Positions 43,467 to 58,589 are shown, counted from the stretch's first letter. The stretch is 64,000 nt of DNA from Eledone cirrhosa (GCA_964016885.1 OZ024745.1:125178001-125242000); one strand, 5' to 3'. Notes: a model not told the origin generated them from the letters alone. Program-made: numbers and translations.

Positions 43467-45067
43467 GAGGTATAATTGTTATGTGGCCCTCCGGCGCATT
43501 GAACGTGGTTTGGTTGTAGAAAAAATTATATAAACAAATATACTAACAACAAAATAATAATCGTAATCATGATGACGACGACAATGAAGTAGATAAAGAC
43601 GCCAATGATAATGACGGTGATGATGATGATAAACAGCTTAGTAACAAACTACAATGAAGCACTTAAATTTATTACATAGCCACAGGTTAGTCGTCACAGA
43701 ATGTATGTACTGCTATTTCTTGCTGAAAATTGCAATTAAATTTTCGTACAATATTGCGACAAAATTATAATGGAAAGCATTTTCAGACATGTTAGCACAC
43801 TTCATTTCACAAGAAGTGTATTGAAAAAGAATAGAAATAAAATTGTCGACAAGGTTTGCTAATCAAAAGAAATATTTAAGTACAATTTTTAAAACGAAGT
43901 TTTATGTTACACAGTCTGGTTTTCATTTCTTGTTGAATGTTTTTTTTTTTACCTTACTTTATCTAAAAAATAAAAACTTAATTTTCTTCGGCATAAAATG
44001 TACTTTGAAATATATTTTCTATCAAGTGCAGCTTCTGATTTTGAAATAATGATGCAAGTTTCTGAAGAAAACGAAGTATTAAATATATTTTTATAGTCGC
44101 GTATGCACATGTTTTCTTTGTAAAAAGTAAAAAGTAGTATAATAATAATATAAATATGTAAATTTTTCTTTTTCGGCAACAAAACAATTAAAAATAATAT
44201 TGATCGAAGTAAACTTTTACTGTTTCTTCACAAATGAAAATATAAGTGAACGTAGTACATTTTTTTTTTTTTTTAAAGGAAGAATGGTTTAAACTTTTTT
44301 TATGAATGTCCGACGATATAAATACAAACATTTACAAGATATGTTATTAACATACTGACACATAGATCAGTAAACTATTGCAAATAATATAATAGCAACT
44401 ACAAAATGTCGAAATTCGAGCAATTGTATTTTGCTCTATAATGGTTGTAATATTTTGAAAAAAACGCGTTGAATTTTTTATAAGGCTAAAAAACTATTCA
44501 GTTGTGTTAGTTTATATCTTAAGTTCAGAATCATAACAAAACTAACCTTACTATTTGTCTGCCCTGTGTTGATTAAATAAATTTATCTAATGTGCCTTCT
44601 CACAAAATTTATGGTTTTGTGGCAATGACTGAAATTTACATTAGCTCTTTCATGTGAAACCCTGTCCCGTTTTAAAGAAAATATATTAAATGTGAACACA
44701 TATGCAAGTATGTACAGATGTATAGATATATTTTCTTTCACTTCTGTCGATGTTTTATGTTATAGATAGATATATAGATAGAGATAGATAGATAGATAAA
44801 TAGATAGATAGATAGATAAAAATGATTAAAATGCTGATCAACGCTAGATGTTTGGTTTAAATACTATTCTGTATATATCTTTCTTTCGGTGGTTAATTTT
44901 TATGTTTGATGTATTACACATACAGATCCTACAAACAATGTTCATGACACTCCCTTCTAAGTTGTCATTATACCTCTAGTTCTTCCATCATTCAGATTTT
45001 TACTACTTATATTTTTCAACGATACACTTAAATACACTTATCTCATTAACATTATTTCCGACGTTTA

Positions 45068-45742
45068 GGGCGGTGAATTGGCAGTATCGGTAGAGGGTTG
45101 GACGCCATGCTTTGACGCATAGAGTTACGGCCCTTGCCATTCTGAGTTCAAATCCCGTCGAGGTTAACTTTCCCTTTCATCCTTACGGGGTCGATAAAAT
45201 AAAGTACCAGTAATGTACTGGGTAATTGCTGACCTTGTGCCAAAAGTAGAAACAATTATTTCCGACGTTTATCCACCAAAATAAGGTGCCATTATTTGGC
45301 AGTATCGGTAGAGGGTCGGATACCATGCTTTGAAGCATAGAGTTACCTCCCTGTATGATCTGAGTTCAAATCCCGCCGAGGTTAACTTTGCCTTTCATCC
45401 TTCCGGGGTCGATAGAATAAAGTACCAGTAATGCATTGGGTAAGTGCTGGCCTTGTGCCAAAAGTAGAAACAATTATTTAACCACCTTCTCCTATCATAA
45501 AACACTCTAAGTTGTCAAATAAATCAAAATTTCATTACTTTTCTGACTTTATTATTTTAATGGCAGTATCGGTAGAAGGTCGGACGCCATGCTTTCCAGC
45601 ATAGTTACGTCCCTTAACGATCTGATTTCAAATCCCACCGAGGTTGACTTTGCCTTTCATTCTTACGGGGTCGATAAAATAAAGTACCAGTAATGCACTG
45701 GGTAATTTGCTGGCATTGTGCCTAAAGTAGAAGCAATTATTT
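45068..45742 (+). mobile_element. Cluster of three same-orientation major SINEs (45068-45260, 45297-45480, 45561-45742)
   Basis: Consensus match; the first has TSD ATTATTTCCGACGTTTA at 45051 and 45255. Confidence 0.9.
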
Positions 45743-46773
45743 TAATTATACTTCGTTCCTTCGCCATTGTCATCTAGGTCAGGCATGTCTTACCATCACA
45801 AAACAATCCCCAATATCATTCTCACTCCATCACCGATCTCAGTTTCATTAAAAAATGACATGTACCCTATTTTGATTTACACTTCTTGATTTATAACATA
45901 CACTCTTACCCTCTGTATATAGATCATCAACATACCACAACAGTTCAGGTTTGCCATCGTCACCGAATAGAGCAACTTCCCCAAACATGGGCTTAATGTT
46001 CTCCACAGAAGTTGACAGTGCCTTACCAGGAAAAATATCAATATCGAAGACATTGACATGATTTGAAACTGGGGCTATCCCTCAGCAATCATAAAAATAT
46101 AGTGAACAACGTCAGTGAAAAGTACAGAATCTATACTCTTGACGTCAGACATACTTATTTGCACTTGACTAAAATATAATACAATTGTGCATTGTAAAGA
46201 AACCGTTACAATTAAAAGCAGAATATGTGCTGGAAGCCCCGGTAAATAGATTGAATGGAATGATCCTCTGTCAGTTTTGACGTTTAGTGCTCCATTTGTA
46301 GCATCAACGAAACAATCTGGTTTAAAAATGTCACATGTAAGTGACCGAGCGTTTCATATAAACGTGTACTCGTAACGTAATCCTCAGAGTGATTCAGAGT
46401 GTCACCATGTGTGATAGAGTATGCTCTGTCACACACACGTACAGTCCTTCAGCTAGTCTACCAATCAGTTTCCATCTATCCAGTTTCATTCACAAAATCT
46501 TGAATATTATAGGAGTGTATATGAAAGTATATACTGTATATTTACATATATTAATCATATGATATCTTGTAACGTAATCCTTGTTGCATATATGGACTAT
46601 TTACCTTCATCTATTAGTTCTTTAATTCTTTTCACGTTTTCGTTTTATTTTATTTTACTCTCATTCTATTTTCAACTGAAGTAGACTGTCTGAAATGTCA
46701 TTAAAATTATTCTTACTTCTCCTGGGTTTCAAAATAATGATTTCAATTTTTGTTGTTTTCCATCCGTTATACA

Positions 46774-46951
<178 letters not shown>

Positions 46952-47670
46952 CTCGTATTTCTGGTATATAGGGCTAAATATATGTGAAGTGTTGAGGAGT
47001 TCTGTTAAATTGGATCTTAATGATTTCATTTATGCATTTTTCAAAGATTTTTATTACCATCTGCAGGCAGGGATTAAAATTGAAAATTTAATGTGAAAAC
47101 TATTTAGATATTTCATATGTTTAAAGTGATTTAAAATGCGTTTTCCCATTGATAAATTTCTTTTCATTTATCTCTCATTTAATTTTAAATTTTATTCTTG
47201 TACATACCTTAGTAAATGGGTTTTGCAGTAAGTGCTTGAAGCAATAAATTATGGTAAGTTATGATAATTAATATCTACAATTGCTACATAAAAGCAACGT
47301 AGCCCAAATTTATGTAGCAGCATTTTAATTGTTTTTAATTTTTTATTTAGTAATGAATATACTTTTATAAAATAAATAATTTTTCATTATGCTAAGGTTT
47401 TGATCAATTTAGTATTCTTTTTATTTGTGTTAACAGTATGCTCTCAACATGTAAACAACCTTTGGAAATTATGAATAAATAAAAGATAACGAAATAAAGA
47501 GAGACACAGCTAGATGCGCAAATAAATGTAGAAGCAAAAAGCAAATATATATGAAATATAATGGAAGTGAGAGGAAACAAAATAATTTTGTCAATAAGTG
47601 AAGATAAAAGTAGATTTTAGGAATACACAGACACGCTCATACATACACGCATATATCCAATATATATATT

Positions 47671-48410
47671 TTATCAAATGATTCTATGGACATACTTTAT
47701 TGTATATTGCTTTGATTGTTGATTATTTAATTAATTAATTCGTCATTGAACCATATCGTGAATAGTTGCCAAAAACATATATATATATATATATATATAT
47801 GACTTTGTATAGTTTATGTATATGTAAAACTTTATATTTGATAATCTCCCATATGGTTGAGATGCAATTTAGGCAATATTAGGCTGCGCTTTCTAGCAAT
47901 CAGCCCTCTCGCCGTAAGGCACCAATCACATTCTTTCTGACTTGACCACTGCCACGTCACAGTTCTTAGCCATTTTGAATTGGTTTCTGACGGGGATCAT
48001 TTAAGAAAAATCTTCGTCCAAGTGAGTTTGTTTCCTGATGATTTCGAAGCTCGTGAATTTATCCTTGATCGGATATGTCCAAAGGCGAATGAAATCCCGT
48101 GGGGTAGAAACGTAATCTTGGTATGTTTATATACATCTTTTCTTCTAACTTTGATTTTATACCTAATTGTGTATGGTTGACGATATATTTAATCGATTTC
48201 CACGTGCTATTGAAATGCTGGGTAAATATTCTATAGCTGTTGATCGCGAATAGATGGCTGTCGTTTATTTATCTATTATTTCTTCATAGGTGTCTTTTAA
48301 TCTTGTAGCCTGGTTTAATTAGTTTTTTGTGTGGTTGATTATGCTGATTGAGAGAGGAGATGGTGTATATATTCTATCAAATGATTCTATGGACATACTT
48401 TATAGTATAT
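47671..48410 (-). mobile_element. Decayed Penelope-like fragment bounded by an about 35-bp direct repeat
   Basis: TATCAAATGATTCTATGGACATACTTTAT at about 47674 and 48375. Minus peptide KECDWCLTARGLIA resembles the EN CxLCLxE motif. Confidence 0.4.
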
Positions 48411-48740
48411 ATATATATATATACATATATATTTATATATATGGGCGGGGCTTGTGTATAAATATATACATACGCATGTATGTATATAGTGGTGTGAAGT
48501 GAATGTTGTTTTTGTAGGATCTCAATAATGAATCACAATGTCCAATTGCATTCTGTGATTATGATATATTTAATCTAAAGGGAAATTTGACCTCAAGCTT
48601 GAAAATTCAAGAGAAAATTATAAGATTTAGATTTCTTGACCAGGTAATGAATGGTGTGATAAGAGGGGGAAAGAGATAAGTCATGATGAAAGTGATACTC
48701 TTCTATATTGGAATCAGGGAAAATATAGACGTGCAACACC

Positions 48741-48903
48741 TATGGGAATAGTCTGAAATGTTCATAGGCTGACTATGAAGAAGTGATGCTAGAGCTGTGA
48801 AATCTTGCATACATTAATTCCATCTCTTCTTAATAATTACTTCATTTGGTCATTCCAGGAGCGTATCTTTGTCAGCTTATGAACCTTTCCACCGAACCAC
48901 GTA
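48741..48903. mobile_element. mariner-like MITE
   Basis: Imperfect TIRs GAAATGTTCATAGGCTGAC / GTCAGCTTATGAACCTTTC with TA at the outer ends. Confidence 0.6.
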
Positions 48904-50430
48904 CATGTCTAGATCATGTGTTTAAAGATATATTGTGAATATGTTTCAGAAACGTTTGAAACGATTAAAGATGGTGGATGTAATATCTGCGTTGAGTGTG
49001 TATAATGCTGTCTATTGAATGATTAAAATACAATATAGTTTAGATGAACACCTCTTTATGATATTGACCCATTAATCATTTTTTACCGTCATCAATTTGT
49101 CCCTGGTGAGGCTGCATGGCGTGAACGTACGGTCAAAATAATTCCAGGCGTAACTATCCGATTTTTTTAAATCGGAAACAGAGTATATATACTTTATCTA
49201 ATGTGTCCTTTACTCTTTTATAGATGGTATTACGTGGTATTTGTCGACGATTTGCTATTTCTGGTAAGCTTAGCACACTAGTAAAAGGTTCCTTCATTTG
49301 TAGGTACATAGTTACTGGAAATTAATTTAAAAGATTTCTAATTTTTTCTGTTACAGTCGATGCTCTCAGTGATTCATTTGGAACTAAATTTATTAGAAGA
49401 ACAATATGTATTAAGCATGTTAAATCAGAAATTAACAGCCATGTGTATTTCGTGTTTTTTTATCTTGTTCATTGTTAGCTATTGCAACAAGGATTTCCAT
49501 CAAAGCTGAGATCATTTTACAACTGAAATATTCCATGAATTTATTATTTATTCATTTACTTTCATGTTTCTTTCCAGCATGGCATTGTTAAGTGGTTTTA
49601 ATTACCCTCTATATTGAGCTATTTATATTTTAAGTGAATTGAAAGATCTTAATTAATCCCTTATCATATTAAATTGCTTCGTTTAATTGCAAAATAGAAA
49701 CATATTCCTACATTCATGTCAGAACAACATTTTAGTTGAGATCTTGATTTATACATATCCACTTTAACCTATGCAGCTATGAGGTGGTTGTTAATAATTG
49801 ACCAGATTTCAGAAAATCGATATCCCAATGTGCTTCAAACTAAAACCAAACATATATTGGTAATGCAAAAGTGTAGCATAGATACATCTATACAGTATAA
49901 CAAGAGAAAAACGATTTGGATTTTTAATATGAAAAATATATGAACGTTAGATTATTTTAGATAATGCGTAGAGAGGTATTATTTCTAATCAGGAATTTGA
50001 AATCAGAATCCAGAAGAATATCACCAATTGTTTGAAGGATTATTTCCGCTTTATTTAAGCTTTTAAATTTGTCCTGGCGAATATTTAAAACATCTATCTG
50101 AATTATAGCCCCTATCAAAGATGTAATTCGAAATAAACATAATACAAATGAGGTATGTACATGGTTGCTCGAACAGCTGGAAACAGCAACTAAATGTCAT
50201 CAAATTAGACCATGATTTTTCTTTAAATAAGGAAGAACATATTAGAAAATATAAACGTAGATTCAGAGAAAGACGAATAGTCATAGCTGCATTTTGTCTC
50301 AGATCTGTTTAAGAAGATCTGATCTGGAACTAAATAACACTACATCATCAGTGAATATTATCATTGACTATTTTATTGCTTCATGTGGACTTCATGTTTC
50401 CACTTTTGGTGCCAAAAGTACAAATATATA

Positions 50431-50610
50431 ATTATTTCTACTTTTGGCACCAGGCCAGCAATTATCCCAGTGCATTACTGGTACTTTATTTTATCGACCC
50501 CGTAAAGATGAAAGGCAAAGTTAACCTCGGCGGGGTTTGAACTCAGATCATAAAGGAAGGTAACTCTATGCTTCAAAGCATGGTGCTCGACCCTCTACCG
50601 ACACTGCCAA
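50431..50610 (-). mobile_element. Major SINE with TSD
   Basis: Consensus match; ACAAATATATAAT duplicated on both sides. Confidence 0.85.
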
Positions 50611-50949
50611 AACAAATATATAATGGAATGTAAGTAGCTACGATGAGGAGAATTATGAGTAAATGAAAGATACAAAAAGAGATAAAAGATAGTATAATGA
50701 TAACTATGGTATTACACGTAACTTTATATCTCTTTTTATGCGACAGATATTCATCATTGTAATTTGTTCTATTTTCAAAATTTTAATGTTACTTTTTTCT
50801 TTAGAAAATTCTGAAAATAACAATTATTAATGATCTTTTAAATGAAATATGTTCAGCAAAATCTATACATTTGGAACTACATTTCTTTTGAATATGTGTG
50901 CATTCATCTCGGCACTGTGCTTTTCTATTTCTTAATTTTATTCATACAG

Positions 50950-51010
50950 GTATACAAAACAGATTCGAGGACATTTCAACAGATTATCTGATGAGGATTT
51001 AAATAGAAAG
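50950..51010 (+). CDS. Possible small internal exon
   Basis: Pyrimidine-rich acceptor ...ttcatacag|G, open frame YTKQIRGHFNRLSDEDLNRK, weak donor AAG|GTTAAT. Confidence 0.15.
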
Positions 51011-52285
51011 GTTAATATGAAAATTACTTTTTCCATTTCCGTTCATTATTTGTATATTTATTTGCTTTACTGTGTTGTTGAAAATGAAATGTGCCTTGTA
51101 TTTAAATACTTGATGAAATTGGGTGTTAACATGCCATCCCTCCAGTAAAAGGTCGAGCAATTAATTCAGACATGACAGTCTTAGTACTATTTGAACTATT
51201 TGTATTTATATAGTTGCTTACTGATTTATCATTTATTTTTCAGTTTTAGAAATTTTGAAATGAATATTAATGTATATAGCATTCAATATTTTATTTTATT
51301 ATCAAATATATTTTAGTTTTTAATGTTTATTTCTCTTCTCATATTTATGTGCATTCTGATAAACGTTTGTTATTTTCCCGTATTTCACTTAGTCAGAATT
51401 GTATGAATCATGTTGATATGCCATATTTATATTATTCAATATTTGACAGACAGCATGTACTTGCAGATTACTCCTATTGTTAAACATCGACTGGAGTTTA
51501 CATTGAATTAGGGAACTTCCAAATGTATCATTCTCTCCAATGGCGTCAAGCAGCATTAGTGTTACCATATAGTATCCGTTTATTTTCTTACAACAACGTT
51601 CATTCTGCATTACCCATTCCTTTTACCATACAAGGTGGATGCTACTGCAATCGCTCCATCTATATAACACCCATCTTGTATTACAACTAACTAAGGAATT
51701 ATTTTTTGGTCTTCACTTTTGTCCTTCTCCCTTATACATCTGTCATATTCAGGATAATGACATTTCTGATTCACTTTCAAATTTATAACCAAACTATTCT
51801 ACTATCATACCTATTACCTATGACAACCAGGTACGATATTGTAGATATAGCTACACATTTTGAAAATACACCTCTACTGGAAGAATTGTACAATATCTTT
51901 CTCGTTATTCCTTAATTCCCTAAGTTTTCACTCCGTTCATTTCATGTCTACGCTATATTACATTCTTATGTATAATCAGTGGGCTTGTTTTTATATTACA
52001 CGTTGTTTTGTAATTGCAATATGAGTTGGATGTATTTGTGATTTTTACAAATCCTCCACACGTTTCTGTCATTACCCTCGGTATGTGCTGTATGTATCGG
52101 CTTTATTTGTGTCTGCTGCTAATTTGTTTCTGTCTAACTCACCTGATGAAAGAAATAAGATGCAAATTAGTGTTGTGTTTGTATGGACGGTAGTACGATG
52201 TTTAGGCTTTAAAGATACATACTAAAGACTGTGTTACATTATCAGGCATCTTATGCTTTCATACTGAAATTGAATGCCCCGAATT

Positions 52286-53034
52286 TATATTAAAATAAGA
52301 GCCCTGTCATTCTGTTCGTCCTTGCGCGCCTCACGTTCACTTTCTTTATAGAGGACACACCATGCGAAATATATGCTCATAGATAGAGAGAGAGAAATGA
52401 GCACCGTGTGGCAAAAAGGGGTAGATAGACAGAAAGTTATGACGTCGCCCTCACCCATAGAGAGAGGGGAAGCACCAGACGGAAGATATATACAGAGATA
52501 GAGAGAGAAAATGGAACGCCGTGTGTTTTTGAGGTGGCAAAAAGGGGTGGGTAGACAGAAAGTTATGACGTCGCGCTCACCTATAGGAAGAGGGGAAGCA
52601 CCAGACGAAAGATATGTACATAGATAGAGAGAGAAAAGGGAACGCCGTATGTTTCGAGGTGGCAAAAAGGGGTGGATAGACAGAAAGTTATGACGTCGCC
52701 CTCATCTATATAGGGAGAGGGGAGCCCCAAGCGATAGATACACATAAATAGAGAGAACACAAGGGAATACCGTGTGTTTTCGAGATGACAGAAAGAGGTA
52801 GATAGATAGATTGTTACGACGTCACCCCATCTATATAGAGAGAAGGGGATGTACATGAATAGAGAGAGAAAAGCAACTTCGTTTGTTTAGAGAGAGAGTG
52901 TGTGTGTGTGTGTGTTTTTGTTTGTATGTGCGTGTGTGTGTTTGTATGTGCATGTGTGTGTTAGTGTGTGTTTGAATTTGTGTGTGTGTATGTGTGTGTG
53001 ACCGAAAGCGGGAGATGACGTCGCCCTCATCTAG
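52286..53034 (+). mobile_element. Helitron-like non-autonomous element with about 4 internal ~125-bp tandem repeats
   Basis: Starts TATATTAAAATAAGAG...CTGTTCGTCC. The unit GGCAAAAAGGGG...GTTATGACGTCGCCCTCA recurs at about 52410, 52536, 52661 and 52786. Ends with a small hairpin and CTAG|T at 53031-53035. Confidence 0.45.
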
Positions 53035-53302
53035 TGTTCATAAATTAGGCAGCAATGATAATGAGCATTTCACTAAAGTAGTACATATTAGCTGGCGCTA
53101 GAGGCATACAAGACATCTCTCTTAGTTTCAATGGCTCTACATTTCACACCTTTCATATGATACATTTTACATTGAATTATATATTCTATATGGTTTATTT
53201 GAGGAGTTAGGGTTAGGGTTTGTTTGTTTTATTCATTTGTTTTTCTTCTCTTTATTTCGTTGTTGTCTGTTTTACAAATTCTATTTCTATTCCCTTTAAT
53301 AA

Positions 53303-55282
53303 CACTGGTCAACAGCCAAAATGGTTCTTACATCGGAATATTTTCCTCTTACTAATTTCATAGCACTAAATTCAGTTTTGATATTCAATTTTTGCTATCG
53401 GACCAGAATGCCTTAATATGAGATCGAAAATATGTTCCTCGTATTGCATTATTTATCCATTGTGTAACATATGATGACTTAGATATAAACATATTAACTT
53501 ATTAATAAAAAATATATAAACATATTTTTATTTATTTTTTTAAACACTTAGTATATTAACAAAACATTTCTGAACAACATTCTGAACATAACAAAATATT
53601 TCAAAACATTTCTAAAAAAATTTCTGGATTTTCCTTTTACGCTTGTTTTGCTGGCACTCCTCACGTTACAGTGTCCAGCAGTAGTCACCCATCATGTTGG
53701 GATTGAACTGACCCTGATACCTACTCTCCATTATGACAATGTCCTGGTGAAACCTCTCTCCATATTCATCACTGATGTCTCCTAGATTACTTCGGAAGAA
53801 ATCCAGATGAGAATGGAAGAAATGAAGCTTCAACATCATTCGTGAACCCAGAGCGCGATAATTGTGTATCATGGTTTCAACAATTTCTTTATAGTTGTGT
53901 GCACGGTGGTTTCCAAGAAAGTTCTGTGTCACATCTACAAATGATTTCCATGCATTAGTCTCCAAAGGGTTTAGTGTTTTCGTAAACTCACTATCATTAA
54001 CCAGCATACGAATCTGAGGATCATTCAAAACCCTTGCTTTTAACTTTGCTTCAGATACCACTCTACCCAATTTCTTACACAAGTACTGAAACCCATTACC
54101 TGTATGATCCATGTTTTTAATAAAGTTTTTGGTCAAGCCTAGTTTGAGACGTAATGGAGGGAGGAATACTTTTTCTGGATCCACGAGAGGTTTGTACAGA
54201 CAATTGAATCTACCGGGTGCATCCTTTGGTCTTGTTGGCCAATCCTTCTTCATGTAGTGCTCTGCATCTGCTCTACTATTCCACAAACATAGAAAACACA
54301 TATGCTTTGTGTAACCAGTCTGAAGACCTAGAAGTAGACTAATTAAGTGGTTTATGACGATGACGAGCGGTTGTAATGCGGACGCCAGGTTCCAGCAGGT
54401 TGCGTTGCTTCAGTCTTGTTCCCAGGATCTCTGCCTTTTCTTTAGACAAATGTAGGTCTCTAATGAGATCGTGAAGAGCTTCCTGGTTAAATGGTATGGG
54501 TTCACTTGTCTCATGTTCGTCTTGATAGTCATCATCAATAGGGGTTCTACAGGAATCAGAGATTAGCTCGTGTTCAGCAGGTGGAACTGGAACAGGTAAT
54601 TCGTCAATGTGAGGTACTGATCGGATTGCTGACGAGATATCGGGGTATTGAAGTATAGTTCGTGTCTTCACAGTTATTCCTTGGATGTTTATATAGCAGA
54701 AGTAGCAATCGTTATTGTGGTCTTTTGGTTCTCGCCATACCATTGGTACGGCAAATGGCAAACCAGAGCTTCGTTTCCCATTCTTCCATTCACTTAGGTG
54801 ATTAACACTAGACCTACACGCTATATGAGGCGCCCATTTCTTGTCCTGGTCTCCTAATGGACATTTGAAGTAACATTTGTAGTTTACTCGAACTGCTTTT
54901 GTGATTGGTTTCTTTATGCTTTCCGGGATAAAGAGTCCACAAATATAGCAAAATCGGTCCGGGTCATTTACACTTTTCCGGCGTTCCACTAGTCAAAGTT
55001 GGTGTGAATTATCCAAGAATAGCCGAGGATAGTTACAATTCTGTGATCTGAAACAAAAGCAGTAAATATAAATTAGTTAACAACTAAATATAGTGGATAC
55101 AATTGGAAGAGGTAATATGAGCCACATAGCTATGGGTAATGAACATGGATATGCTGGTTCTCAAAAACTAGACCCGATACAGCTTAACCATTGTCATATT
55201 CACATTCTGCACACTTGATTACCCTAGAATCATACTAAAATATACCAGAACCATGAAATGAATATTTCTTTGTTGACCAGTG
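53303..55282 (-). mobile_element. Chapaev3-type DNA transposon, internally deleted
   Basis: TIRs CACTGGTCAACA / TGTTGACCAGTG, 3-bp TAA TSD (53300-53302, 55283-55285), transposase remnants inside. Confidence 0.8.
53640..54989 (-). pseudogene. Chapaev3 transposase pseudogene
   Basis: FCYICG...GDQDKKWAPH...VWREPKDHNNDCYFC, then a frameshift/deletion at about 54340, then ISLLLGLQTGYTKHMCFLC...HSHLDFF..NLGDISDEYGERFHQDI..MESRYQG..MMGDYCW. Confidence 0.85.
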
Positions 55283-56163
55283 TAATTTTACTACTAATAC
55301 CAAAATAATTCCCTTTCTTTCAGTTTAAATATATATATATTATTTATTTAATGATGAAGGCTAATCCGAAACTTAACAAGAATCAGTAATGGTTAAGCGT
55401 ATTATGTTGATTCGGGGGGATTAATGTAAGATTAAAATTATATTAAGGACGGCTGAAACGCAATCTGTGTTATATATTTTTAAAACAAAATAAAATAGGA
55501 ATATATATATTTATTCCTCGCAAAACAATGAATCGATATAGGGAGGATATGTTTTAGATAGTTATATTTCGTATTTTTCATTGTTATCGTTATTAAGTTC
55601 AATTATACGAATTCATATGGTGAAACATATTGTATACGATAGACAAGATGTACCAAACCCTGATCTCTTCCACGCTGTTTCGATTATATAAATTATCCAT
55701 GACAATTGCAGAATATTATAAACTTATACTTATACTCCTACACACATTCTGTTTACTAGTCTCCCCAGCTAGTTATAAGAAGTTCAAAAGTGGAAAATAT
55801 TGGTTTCCTGCAAGGAAGTAATTTCAAACGCTTCGAGCAGAATACATCGACGAAGACGACAAATCAATTATTTATTACACTATTGAATAGTTTGCAAAAC
55901 AATAACTTAGCATCCAAGTGTATGTACCATGTCTGTCTTGCTAATATAGAAAGCTAAAATATTTTGCCAATTTTCCTTTCAGTCCATTAGAATCAGTACG
56001 TGACACTTGATATTGGTCGATAAAGGAACTTGTAGTTCCTTCATCGACCAACATCTTAATTATGTCTAGTACTTAGATGGTTCTTTCATTAATCATGACA
56101 GAGACAGTGAAGAAAATTCGGATGTTATTGTTAGTATATATACACACACATATATAGACACAC

Positions 56164-56211
<48 letters not shown>

Positions 56212-56246
56212 TATATATGTGTGTGTATATATATATGTGTGTGTAT

Positions 56247-56346
<100 letters not shown>

Positions 56347-56419
56347 GTATATATATGTATTTATGTGTATTGGCAACATGACCCTCCCAAAGTATAACAA
56401 TATATATATATATATATAT

Positions 56420-58581
56420 ATTGGAATAAATGCTCTGAAATAGCGATATATATGTGAATATAGACATAGAATATTCGAAAATATTCTGTATGTTTATAAT
56501 AAACATTTTGAAGACCTAATCGCTATAGAATAGAATACGTCACGTATTACAATTAGATTCTCGATAAAAGCAAGGGAAGTAAGTCTACGCGTTTCATTCT
56601 TGTTAGAATTCATCAGGACTACATATCCAGTGCTTTTATCGAGAATGACACAGCTAGAGACTTATAGAATACTTAGCTGTGTACAGGAACTGGTTTGAAA
56701 GAGCGGTTGCCGGTCCGGCAGAAATTAGAAATTGGAATAAATGCTCTGAAATAGCGATATATATGTGAATATAGACATAGAATATTCGAAAATATTCTGT
56801 ATGTTTATAATAAACATTTTGAAGACCTAATCGCTATAGAATAGAATACGTCACGTATTACAATTAGATTCTCGATAAAAGCAAGGGAAGTAAGTCTACG
56901 CGTTTCATTCTTGTTAGAATTCATCAGGACTACATATCCAGTGCTTTTATCGAGAATGACACAGCTAGAGACTTATAGAATACTTAGCTGTGTACAGGAA
57001 CTGGTTTGAAAGAGCGGTTGCCGGTCCGGCAGAAATTAGAAATTGGAATAAATGCTCTGAAATAGCGATATATATGTGAATATAGACATAGAATATTCGA
57101 AAATATTCTGTATGTTTATAATAAACATTTTGAAGACCTAATCGCTATAGAATAGAATACGTCACGTATTACAATTAGATTCTCGATAAAAGCAAGGGAA
57201 GTAAGTCTACGCGTTTCATTCTTGTTAGAATTCATCAGGACTACATATCCAGTGCTTTTATCGAGAATGACACAGCTAGAGACTTATAGAATACTTAGCT
57301 GTGTACAGGAACTGGTTTGAAAGAGCGGTTGCCGGTCCGGCAGAAATTAGAAATTGGAATAAATGCTCTGAAATAGCGATATATATGTGAATATAGACAT
57401 AGAATATTCGAAAATATTCTGTATGTTTATAATAAACATTTTGAAGACCTAATCGCTATAGAATAGAATACGTCACGTATTACAATTAGATTCTCGATAA
57501 AAGCAAGGGAAGTAAGTCTACGCGTTTCATTCTTGTTAGTATTCATCAGGACTACATATCCAGTGCTTTTATCGAGAATGACACAGCTAGAGACTTATAG
57601 AATACTTAGCTGTGTACAGGAACTGGTTTGAAAGAGCGGTTGCCGGTCCGGCAGAAATTAGAAATTGGAATAAATGCTCTGAAATAACGATATATATGTG
57701 AATATAGACATAGAATATTCGAAAATATTCTGTATGTTTATAATAAACATTTTGAAGACCTAATCGCTATAGAATAGAATACGTCACGTATTACAATTAG
57801 ATTCTCGATAAAAGCAAGGGAAGTAAGTCTACGCGTTTCATTCTTGTTAGAATTCATCAGGACTACATATCCAGTGCTTTTATCGAGAATGACACAGCTA
57901 GAGACTTATAGAATACTTAGCTGTGTACAGGAACTGGTTTGAAAGAGCGGTTGCCGGTCCGGCAGAAATTAGAAATTGGAATAAATGCTCTGAAATAGCG
58001 ATATATATGTGAATATAGACATAGAATATTCGAAAATATTCTGTATGTTTATAATAAACATTTTGAAGACCTAATCGCTATAGAATAGAATACGTCACGT
58101 ATTACAATTAGATTCTCGATAAAAGCAAGGGAAGTAAGTCTACGCGTTTCATTCTTGTTAGAATTCATCAGGACTACATATCCAGTGCTTTTATCGAGAA
58201 TGACACAGCTAGAGACTTATAGAATACTTAGCTGTGTACAGGAACTGGTTTGAAAGAGCGGTTGCCGGTCCGGCAGAAATTAGAAATTGGAATAAATGCT
58301 CTGAAATAGCGATATATATGTGAATATAGACATAGAATATTCGAAAATATTCTGTATGTTTATAATAAACATTTTGAAGACCTAATCGCTATAGAATAGA
58401 ATACGTCACGTATTACAATTAGATTCTCGATAAAAGCAAGGGAAGTAAGTCTACGCGTTTCATTCTTGTTAGAATTCATCAGGACTACATATCCAGTGCT
58501 TTTATCGAGAATGACACAGCTAGAGACTTATAGAATACTTAGCTGTGTACAGGAACTGGTTTGAAAGAGCGGTTGCCGGTC
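56420..58581 (-). repeat. Retrozyme array, left arm: about 6.95 tandem 311-bp monomers, 7 HHRs on the minus strand (56582+311n)
   Basis: TTGGAATAAATGC at 56421, 56732, 57043, 57354, 57665, 57976 and 58287. Confidence 0.95.
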
Positions 58582-58589
58582 TTCAAAAT

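Noticed and set aside
50984-51018. CTGATGA...GAAA motif
   Set aside because: No credible stem II or stem III; likely chance.
53205-53220. GTTAGGGTTAGGGTT telomere-like repeat
   Set aside because: Only two units; insufficient to call an interstitial telomere.
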